From contig CAVVHE010000004.1 of NCBI GenBank assembly GCA_963748015.1, positions 2,112,001 to 2,176,000 of the forward strand: 64,000 nt of DNA, written 5' to 3'. Positions 56,903-64,000 of the stretch are shown here, in pieces (position 1 is the stretch's first letter; the number at the start of each line of letters is the position of its first letter). The position numbers and the translations under genes were made by a program. Below the pieces are notes generated by a model. That model worked only from the letters and a program-made list of their open reading frames with translations, did no database searches and had not been told where the DNA came from. Origin of the DNA: Terriglobia bacterium. GTDB taxonomy: Bacteria > Acidobacteriota > Polarisedimenticolia > Polarisedimenticolales > JAIQFR01.

Positions 56903-57880
56903 ATGAAAACGAGACTCACCGGAGCGACGAAGTTGGCGGTGGTGGCAACGATGATGATCGCCGGCGGGCATGCCTGGGCGGGCTCGCTGGACCCGCGATC
57001 GCAGCTTGGCGCGTCGAGCGCCCCCGGGACGCCCATCAGCTACTCCAGCAACAACATCGTCAAGAAGCTGGAGAAGATGGGTAACTTCTCCATCCTGCTG
57101 ACCGCGCTCGAAACGGCCAACCTCAAGGGCGCCGTAGCCACCGGCGGCCCGTTCACCCTGTTCGCGCCGACCGATGCCGCGTTCGCGGACCTGCTCTCCC
57201 AGCTCAACGTCACGGCCCCCGAGCTGCTCGCCAACCCGGACCTCGCGAACATCCTCCTGTATCACGTCGCTTCCGGAAACCGCAGCGCGTTCCAGCTCCT
57301 CAAGAGCAGCACGCAGCCCACCCTCTTCGACGCTAGGTCCGTGCTCGTCGTTCTCGAGGGGACGAGCGTGCTCGTGAACCGGGCCAAGGTCACGCGGGCG
57401 AACGTCCCGGGGGGCAACGGGACCATTCATGTGATCGACAAGGTGCTGCTGCCTCCCACGGAGCCGGCGAGCATCAACAACCTTCTCGACGTCCTCGCGC
57501 TCGACGGCCGTTTCTCGATCCTGCTGACCGCGCTCGAGCTCACGGGGCTGGACGACGCGGTGGCCGCCCCCGGCCCGTTCACCCTCTTCGCGCCGACGGA
57601 CGATGCCTTCGCCCGCCTGCTCGCCGACCTGAACATCACGGCCGATCAGCTCCTCGCGAACCCGGATCTCTCGAAGATCCTGCTCTACCACGTGGTCGGC
57701 AGGCGCGCGGGTGCGATCCAGCTGCTCGTCTCCGGTCGGGCCACCACGCTGGAGGGCAGCAACCTGAGCGTCCGCCTCCGGCGCGACGGCGTCTACATCG
57801 ACGATTCCCGGGTGATCAACCCGAACATCAACACGCCGAACGGCGTCATCCACACCCTGGACAAGGTCCTCCTTCCCTAG
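56903..57880 (+). CDS. Secreted fasciclin (FAS1) protein with two FAS1 domains
   Basis: Signal peptide; two copies of FSILLTALE...GPFTLFAPTD.AF...ILLYHV...NG.IH.(I/L)DKVLLP. Confidence 0.95.
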   Translation: MKTRLTGATKLAVVATMMIAGGHAWAGSLDPRSQLGASSAPGTPISYSSNNIVKKLEKMGNFSILLTALETANLKGAVATGGPFTLFAPTDAAFADLLSQLNVTAPELLANPDLANILLYHVASGNRSAFQLLKSSTQPTLFDARSVLVVLEGTSVLVNRAKVTRANVPGGNGTIHVIDKVLLPPTEPASINNLLDVLALDGRFSILLTALELTGLDDAVAAPGPFTLFAPTDDAFARLLADLNITADQLLANPDLSKILLYHVVGRRAGAIQLLVSGRATTLEGSNLSVRLRRDGVYIDDSRVINPNINTPNGVIHTLDKVLLP

Positions 57881-57902
57881 CTCCGGCTAGCTCCAGCGTT
57901 CC

Positions 57903-57942
57903 CGAGGGCCGGAAGGCGGCGAAGGCCGCCTTCCGGCCCTCG
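57903..57942 (+). terminator. 18-bp perfect hairpin after the fasciclin gene
   Basis: cgagggccggaaggcggc-gaag-gccgccttccggccctcg; no U-tract. Confidence 0.55.
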
Positions 57943-58240
57943 CCTCTAGGTGCCCCTGGGAGAACCGCCGCGAAGAGAACTCCGCAACCGGGCGACGGAC
58001 GACTAGAATATGGACGAGGGAAGGCCGGTAGATCGGAACGACGGAGCGTCCGTTCGAGCTCGTCGTGGCGGAGAGCGAGTGCGCTGGGCCTGGGCGCCTT
58101 GCAAGCCCCTTCGGAAGGGGTTGTTCGCTGCACGGCCGGCAAATGCCTCGGCCTCGCTCCGGTGCACTTCGCGATCTTCGCCGGGGGCGGGCGTACCCGA
58201 GAAACGACGAGAATCAGGATAGCCTGGCGGTGGCCATCGC

Positions 58241-59485
58241 ATGAGAATCGCGGTCGTCGGAGCGGGTGTGTCGGGCCTCGTGGCCGCGTATCTTCTGAAC
58301 GAAGACCACGAGGTCACGGTTTTCGAGGCCGGTGCCCACGCCGGAGGGCACGCGCACACCGTGGACGCCGAGATGGACGGCGCGATCCACCCGGTGGACG
58401 TCGGATTCGTGGTGTTCAACGAATCCACCTACCCTAACTTCGTCAGGCTCCTCCGGAAGCTGGGCGTCGCGAGCCGGCCCACCAGCATGAGCTTCGGCGT
58501 CCGCTGCGATCGCACGGGAATCGAGTACTGCGGGACCTCTCTCGACACGGTTTTCGCCCAGAGGCGCAACCTGGTGCGCCCGTCGTTCCTGCGCATGCTC
58601 CGGGACATCCTGCGCTTCAATCGGGAGGCGAAGGAGCTTCTCGATCTCGGCATCGCCGCGCCGACGCTCGGCGAGCTGGTGCGCGAGCGGGGCTACTCGC
58701 GCGAGTTCCTGGATCATTACCTCGTTCCCATGGTGGCGGCGATCTGGTCCGCCGATCCCGACAAGGTGGCCGACTTCCCCGCGCTCTTCTTCGTCCGCTT
58801 CTTCCGGAACCACGGGCTGCTCGGGGTCGACTCGCATCTGCCGTGGCGGGTCGTGCAGGGCGGCTCCCGGCGGTACGTGGAGGCGCTCACCCGGTCTTTC
58901 GGGGACCGGATCAGGCTGAGCACGCCCGTCCGCTCGGTCACCCGGGCAGCCGACTTCGTGACGGTCGTCCCCGAGAGCGGCCCGCCCGAGCGCTTCGATC
59001 ATGCGATCCTCGCCACCCACGCGGACCAGGCCCTGGACCTGCTCACGGACGCGGTGGAGGGCGAGCGGGAGATCCTCCGGGCTTTTCCGTCCACCCGGAA
59101 CGAAGCCGTCCTTCACACCGACGCCTCGGTGCTGCCCTCCCGCCGGAAGGCCTGGGCCAGCTGGAACTACCGGCTCCCCGAGACCGAGGGCGGCCGCGTC
59201 GCGGTCACCTACGACATGACCCGCCTCCAGGGACTCGCCACCCTCGAGCCGATCTGCCTCTCCCTCAACCCGACGGTGGAGATCGATCCCGCCCGCGTGC
59301 TTCGCCGGTTCTCCTTCGAGCACCCGCTCTACACCCCCGCCTCGATCGCCGCGCAGGAGCGGCACGGCGAGATCAGCGGCACGGGGAGAACCCACTTCGC
59401 GGGAGCGTACTGGGGAAACGGGTTCCACGAGGACGGGGTGGCCAGCGCGCTCGCGGTCTGCCGCCGCTTCGGGAAGACGCTGTGA
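58241..59485 (+). CDS. FAD-dependent oxidoreductase (amine oxidase-like; UfaD/RSP1091-type)
   Basis: [39 protein letters not shown] and [12 protein letters not shown]. Confidence 0.9.
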   Translation: MRIAVVGAGVSGLVAAYLLNEDHEVTVFEAGAHAGGHAHTVDAEMDGAIHPVDVGFVVFNESTYPNFVRLLRKLGVASRPTSMSFGVRCDRTGIEYCGTSLDTVFAQRRNLVRPSFLRMLRDILRFNREAKELLDLGIAAPTLGELVRERGYSREFLDHYLVPMVAAIWSADPDKVADFPALFFVRFFRNHGLLGVDSHLPWRVVQGGSRRYVEALTRSFGDRIRLSTPVRSVTRAADFVTVVPESGPPERFDHAILATHADQALDLLTDAVEGEREILRAFPSTRNEAVLHTDASVLPSRRKAWASWNYRLPETEGGRVAVTYDMTRLQGLATLEPICLSLNPTVEIDPARVLRRFSFEHPLYTPASIAAQERHGEISGTGRTHFAGAYWGNGFHEDGVASALAVCRRFGKTL

Positions 59486-60264
59486 CGTCGACGGGCGGAC
59501 GAAGCTGCATCTACGTCGGAACGGTCCTTCACAGGCGGACCCAGCCGGTGGCGCACGCTTTCCGCTTCCCGCTGTTCATGTTGCACCTCGACCTCGGCGA
59601 GACGGACACGGTCTTCGGGGGCCGCTGGCTCTGGTCCGCCCGCCGCCCGGCGCCGGCGTGGTTCCGGCGCCGCGACCACTTCGGAGATCCCGCGATCCCG
59701 CTCGACCGGGTCGTTCGCGATCTGGTGGAGGAGAAGACGGGCTCGAGGCCCTCGGGGCCGGTCACGATACTCACCCACCTCCGCTACTTCGGAGTGTGCA
59801 TCAATCCGATCAGCCTGTACTACTGCTACGACGCCGCGGGAGAGCGCGTCGAGGCCGTCGTCGCGGAAGTCCACAACACCCCCTGGAACGAGCGTCACTG
59901 CTACGTGCTCGACGGCCGCGGCGATTCTCCGGGCACCCCCGTCCTGCGGCGCGGCATTCGCAAGGCGTTTCACGTCTCCCCTTTCATGGACATGGACGTG
60001 GACTACCGTTTCCGCGTCGGGCGGCCGGGGCGAACGCTCCTCCTGCACATCGAGAACCTGCGGGAGGGCCGGCGCTTCTTCCACGCGGCGCTCGCGCTCC
60101 GCAGGCGGGAGATCGGCCCGGCGTCCCTTGCGGGGGTGTTGGCGAGGTATCCGCTCGTGACGGCGCAGGTCATGATCGCCATCTACTACCAGGCCCTACG
60201 TCTCTGGATGAAGCGGGTGCCGTTCCATCCGCATCCGGGACGCTCGGGAGAAGCCGCGAAATGA
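59482..60264 (+). CDS. DUF1365 family protein
   Basis: [40 protein letters not shown] and [11 protein letters not shown]. Confidence 0.92.
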   Translation: MTSTGGRSCIYVGTVLHRRTQPVAHAFRFPLFMLHLDLGETDTVFGGRWLWSARRPAPAWFRRRDHFGDPAIPLDRVVRDLVEEKTGSRPSGPVTILTHLRYFGVCINPISLYYCYDAAGERVEAVVAEVHNTPWNERHCYVLDGRGDSPGTPVLRRGIRKAFHVSPFMDMDVDYRFRVGRPGRTLLLHIENLREGRRFFHAALALRRREIGPASLAGVLARYPLVTAQVMIAIYYQALRLWMKRVPFHPHPGRSGEAAK

Positions 60265-61550
60265 GCCGTACAGCGGGTGGAGAGCTGACCCTGGCCGGGC
60301 GGAGCGCTGCGCCGTCCGTCCTCGACAGGCTGGCGCGACGAGGCCTCCTCTCCCGCCTCGCGGAGCTTCGCGACGGGGAGATCGAGCTCCGCGAGGGGGC
60401 GGAGCGGCGGACCTTCGGCCGCGCGAGCGCCGATTCGCCGCTGCGGGCGGTGGTCGAGGTGCGCTCGCCCCGCTTCTACTCGGAAGTCGCCCTGGGAGGG
60501 ACCATCGGCGCCGGCGAGGCCTACATGCGCGGCCTCTGGTCGGTGGACGACCTGACCGCGCTCGTCCGGATCCTGGTCAGGAATCGAGATTTGATGGAAC
60601 GCATGGAGGGAGGCCTCGCGCGCCTGAAGGCGCCTTTCCTGAGGCTCCTCCACCTGAGCCGGCGCAACACGCGGGGCCGGAGCCGGGTCAACATCGGACA
60701 GCACTACGACCTGGGCAACGAGTTCTTCTCGCTGTTCCTGGACCCGACGCTGATGTACTCCTGCGCGGAGTTCGAGGCCGGGGACGAGGACCTCGAGCGG
60801 GCGTCGCTCCGGAAGATCGACCGGATCTGCGAGGACCTGAAGCTCTCGCCGGGAGACGAGCTCCTGGAGATCGGGACGGGCTGGGGAGGGCTCGCGCTGC
60901 GCGCGGCGTCGAGGTACGGCTGCCGGGTCGTGACCACGACGATCTCGAGGAAGCAGCACGAGCGCGCTGCCGCCCGCGTCCGGGAGGCCGGCCTCGAGGG
61001 CAGGATCACCGTCGTCCTGGAGGACTACCGCGACCTGCCCCGCCGTCTCGGCCGCCGCTTTCCCAAGATGGTGTCCGTGGAGATGGTCGAGGCGGTCGGG
61101 CACGACTACCTCGACACCTATTTCCGGACCTCCGGCGAGCTGCTCGAGCCGGGAGGCGCCATGCTCCTCCAGGCGATCGTGATCGCCGACCCGCTCTACG
61201 AGAGCTACCGCCGCTCCGTGGACTTCATCCAGCGCTACATCTTCCCCGGCGGCGCGCTCCCGTCGGTCGCCGCGATTCGAGCATCGCTCGCGCGCGCGAC
61301 GGGCCTCGAGGTTCGCGGCGTTCGCGACATCTCGGAGCACTACCCGCCCACGCTGCGCGCGTGGCGCAGGAGCTTCGCCGCGAGCCGAGACCGGATCCGG
61401 GACCTCGGGTACTCGGACGAGTTCATCCGCATGTGGGAGTTCTACTTCTCCTACTCGGAGGGAGGATTTCTCGAAGGAACGGTGGCCGACGTGCAGCTGC
61501 TGCTGGGGGGTCCCGGGCCACGGAGATCCCCCGCGGCGGCCGGAGGCTGA
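60261..61550 (+). CDS. cfa: Cyclopropane-fatty-acyl-phospholipid synthase family methyltransferase
   Basis: [42 protein letters not shown] and [10 protein letters not shown]. Confidence 0.92.
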   Translation: MSRTAGGELTLAGRSAAPSVLDRLARRGLLSRLAELRDGEIELREGAERRTFGRASADSPLRAVVEVRSPRFYSEVALGGTIGAGEAYMRGLWSVDDLTALVRILVRNRDLMERMEGGLARLKAPFLRLLHLSRRNTRGRSRVNIGQHYDLGNEFFSLFLDPTLMYSCAEFEAGDEDLERASLRKIDRICEDLKLSPGDELLEIGTGWGGLALRAASRYGCRVVTTTISRKQHERAAARVREAGLEGRITVVLEDYRDLPRRLGRRFPKMVSVEMVEAVGHDYLDTYFRTSGELLEPGGAMLLQAIVIADPLYESYRRSVDFIQRYIFPGGALPSVAAIRASLARATGLEVRGVRDISEHYPPTLRAWRRSFAASRDRIRDLGYSDEFIRMWEFYFSYSEGGFLEGTVADVQLLLGGPGPRRSPAAAGG

Positions 61551-61559
61551 GGGACCGCC

Positions 61560-62594
61560 ATGGACGTGACTCTCGAAGCGGCGGAGCGCGGGCTCGTTCC
61601 GGACTTCCTGCTTCGCGCCGGGATGCGGCGCCTCCTTCGCGAGCGCCTCCGCGAGGAGGACCGTGGCGGGTGCGAGGCGAACCAGGCGGCGCTGGAAACG
61701 CTCGTCGAGGAGCTGCGCCGAAGCCCCATCGCGATCTCGACGCGTCGGGCCAACGAGCAGCACTACGAGGTTCCGGACGCGTTCTTCCGCCTGGTGCTCG
61801 GCCCTCGCATGAAGTACAGCTGCTGCCTCTGGGAGCCCGGCACCGCGGATCTGGCGGCGGCCGAAGACGCGATGCTCCGCCTGACCGCCGAGCGCGCGGG
61901 GATCGAGGACGGCCAGGACGTCCTGGAGCTCGGGTGCGGGTGGGGGTCGCTCACGCTGTGGCTGGCGGAGCGCTTTCCTCGCTGCCGCATCCTCGCCGTG
62001 TCGAACTCCGCCACGCAGCGGGAGTTCATCGAGGCGGAGTGCCAGCGCCGCGGGCTCGCCGGCGTGCGCGTGGCGACCGCGGACATGAACGGCTTCGAGC
62101 CCGGCGGGACGTTCGACCGGATCGTGTCCGTGGAGATGTTCGAGCACATGCGGAACCACGAGCGGCTGCTCGAGCGCATCGCCTCGTGGCTCCGCCCTGA
62201 AGGCAAGCTGTTCGTGCACGTCTTCTGCCACCGCGATCTCGCCTACACGTTCGACGTCGGCGGAAGGAACGACTGGATGGCCCGCCACTTCTTCACCGGC
62301 GGGCTGATGCCGTCCGACGGGTTGCTGCTCCGCTTCCAGCGCCACCTGCGGGTGGAGCGGCACTGGAGGGTGGACGGCACGCATTACCGGAAGACCTCGC
62401 GAGCCTGGCTCGATAACCTCGACGCCCGGCGGGCCGAGGTCCGGCGGGTTCTCGACTCGGCCTACGGTCCGCCCGAATCCCGCCGGTGGCTGCGGAGATG
62501 GCGCCTCTTCTTCATGGCGTGCGAGGAGCTCTTCGGCTACCGGCGCGGCCAGGAGTGGTGGGTGGCGCACTACCTGCTGGGCGGGAAGGGGTAG
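61560..62594 (+). CDS. Second CFA-like SAM methyltransferase (coclaurine N-methyltransferase-like subfamily)
   Basis: [41 protein letters not shown] and [10 protein letters not shown]. Confidence 0.9.
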   Translation: MDVTLEAAERGLVPDFLLRAGMRRLLRERLREEDRGGCEANQAALETLVEELRRSPIAISTRRANEQHYEVPDAFFRLVLGPRMKYSCCLWEPGTADLAAAEDAMLRLTAERAGIEDGQDVLELGCGWGSLTLWLAERFPRCRILAVSNSATQREFIEAECQRRGLAGVRVATADMNGFEPGGTFDRIVSVEMFEHMRNHERLLERIASWLRPEGKLFVHVFCHRDLAYTFDVGGRNDWMARHFFTGGLMPSDGLLLRFQRHLRVERHWRVDGTHYRKTSRAWLDNLDARRAEVRRVLDSAYGPPESRRWLRRWRLFFMACEELFGYRRGQEWWVAHYLLGGKG

Positions 62595-62690
62595 CGATGC
62601 GCATCTTTCTCAAGCTCCGCGAGGGCGAGCCGATCGAGACGCTGCTGCTGCGGCGCAACGCCTGATCGCTGCCGGAAAGGACCTCCCGGA

Positions 62691-63479
62691 ATGGAATCGG
62701 CGGCGGCCGTTCTCGTTCTCTCCCTCGGCACGGCTTTCGGCCTGTCGGTCCTGCTCTGGGCCGCCAGCGTGATCCGGCGGGACGCGAGCATCGTGGACCC
62801 GTTCTGGGGAATCGGGTTCATCGTCCTGGCCTGGCTCTACTTCTTCACTCTCCGGCCCGGCCCGGCGCGAGGCCCGCTTGCCGTCGCCCTGGTCACGGTC
62901 TGGGGTGCGCGGCTGTCCTGGCACCTCTTCCGGCGGAACTGGGGGAAGGGGGAGGATTACCGCTATCGCGAGATGCGGGAGAGCCACGCGGGCAACTTCG
63001 CCGTCAGGAGCCTCTTCACCGTCTTCCTTCTGCAGGCCGCGGTCCTGTGGGTTGTCGCGCTCCCGCTCTTCCAGGCGACGCGTGCCCGGCAGCCGGAGCG
63101 GCTCGCGCCGCTCGACGTCGTCGGGGGGCTCGTTTACGCGGCCGGACTGCTCTTCGAGACCGTGGGCGACCGGCAGCTCGCGCGGTTCCGGTCGGATCCG
63201 TCGAATCGCGGCAAGGTCCTCGAGAGCGGGCTGTGGCGATACACGCGCCACCCTAACTACTTCGGCGACGCGATGGTCTGGTGGGGGCTCTTCCTCATCG
63301 CACTCGCGACACCGGGGTCGGCCTGGACCGTCGCGAGTCCTGCGCTGATGACGTTCCTCCTGATGAAGGTCTCCGGTGTCGCGCTGCTCGAACGGAAGCT
63401 CCGCGAGAGCAAGCCGGAGTACCTGGAATACGCGCGCAGGACCAGCGCCTTCTTCCCGTGGCCTCCGAAGCGCCGGTGA
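62691..63479 (+). CDS. DUF1295 family membrane protein (steroid 5-alpha-reductase-like)
   Basis: SIVDPFWG, WGARL, EDYRY, GDRQL and GLWRYTRHPNYFG. Confidence 0.92.
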   Translation: MESAAAVLVLSLGTAFGLSVLLWAASVIRRDASIVDPFWGIGFIVLAWLYFFTLRPGPARGPLAVALVTVWGARLSWHLFRRNWGKGEDYRYREMRESHAGNFAVRSLFTVFLLQAAVLWVVALPLFQATRARQPERLAPLDVVGGLVYAAGLLFETVGDRQLARFRSDPSNRGKVLESGLWRYTRHPNYFGDAMVWWGLFLIALATPGSAWTVASPALMTFLLMKVSGVALLERKLRESKPEYLEYARRTSAFFPWPPKRR

Positions 63480-63489
63480 CCGGCGGCGC

Positions 63490-64000
63490 TCAGCGGCTCT
63501 TCTTGATCCGGCCGTAGGCGGCCAGCGCGGCGGTCCTTGCGGCGCCGTGGTCCACGATCGGGCGGGGGTAGCTCTCGCCGATCCCGACTGCGACCGCGGC
63601 CGGCGTGCCCGCGGGCGCCTTCCACGGCGCGTGGACGAAGCGCGCGGGGAGGGCCGCCAGCTCCGGAACGTGCCGGCGAACGTATTCCCCTTCCGGATCG
63701 TAGCGCTCCCCCTGGGCGACGGGGTTGAAGACGCGGAAGTAGGGGGCCGCGTCGGCCCCGCAGCCGGCCGTCCACTGCCAGCCGAGCGTGTTGTTCGCGA
63801 GGTCGGCGTCCACCAGCGTGTCCCAGAACCACCGGGCGCCTTCCTGCCAGGGAAGCAGCAGGTCCTTCACGAGGAACGACGCCACGATCATCCGGACGCG
63901 GTTGTGCATCCAGCCGGTCGTCCAAAGCTGGCGCATCCCGGCGTCCACCATCGGGTATCCGGTCCTTCCCTTCCGCCAGGCCTCGAGCGCCTTCGCGTCC
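63490..64000 (-). CDS. phrB: Deoxyribodipyrimidine photolyase, C-terminal part (truncated by window edge)
   Basis: TGYPMVDAGMRQLWTTGWMHNRVRMIVASFLVKDL, LVDADLANN and APYFRVFNP. Confidence 0.93.
   Translation of the reverse strand, partial: DAKALEAWRKGRTGYPMVDAGMRQLWTTGWMHNRVRMIVASFLVKDLLLPWQEGARWFWDTLVDADLANNTLGWQWTAGCGADAAPYFRVFNPVAQGERYDPEGEYVRRHVPELAALPARFVHAPWKAPAGTPAAVAVGIGESYPRPIVDHGAARTAALAAYGRIKKSR

Noticed and set aside
57060..57870. Internal DNA duplication in 56903..57880 as a mobile or repeat element
   Set aside because: Explained by the two tandem FAS1 domains of one protein.

Overview
High-GC bacterial chromosomal window; the PknB-type kinase/TolB-repeat protein and the secreted tricorn and M14 peptidases suggest Acidobacteriota, but this is inference only. 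From left to right: (1) selD with an in-frame UGA (selenocysteine) and two Fe/Mn-SOD paralogs bracketing an archaeal-type HMG-CoA synthase/thiolase/DUF35 operon; (2) a giant Ser/Thr kinase-STAND ATPase-TPR-GAF-sigma54 activator gene, frameshifted in its TPR region and followed by a small secreted protein; (3) aconitase, an ABC-2 exporter, glgB and small housekeeping genes; (4) the most interesting locus (24450-32837), in which a lipoprotein MFP, a sensor-less PrsK-like kinase and a PrsR-like sigma54 activator precede a complete sigma54 promoter (tandem UAS, IHF site, -24/-12). This promoter sits upstream of a 129-aa leader+(RxSPAK)x14 cationic repeat peptide, which converges on a PqqD/RRE-like-M50 peptidase-HlyD gene and a triple-GAF-HlyD gene, forming a candidate undescribed peptide export/processing system; (5) secreted proteases and hypothetical genes; (6) an 8-gene arsenic/organoarsenical resistance operon; (7) a B12-dependent CarH/LitR photoreceptor divergent from a fasciclin gene and an FAD oxidoreductase/DUF1365/cfa/DUF1295 fatty-acid modification operon, plus a partial photolyase. 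No rRNA, tRNA, CRISPR array or transposase was recognised.
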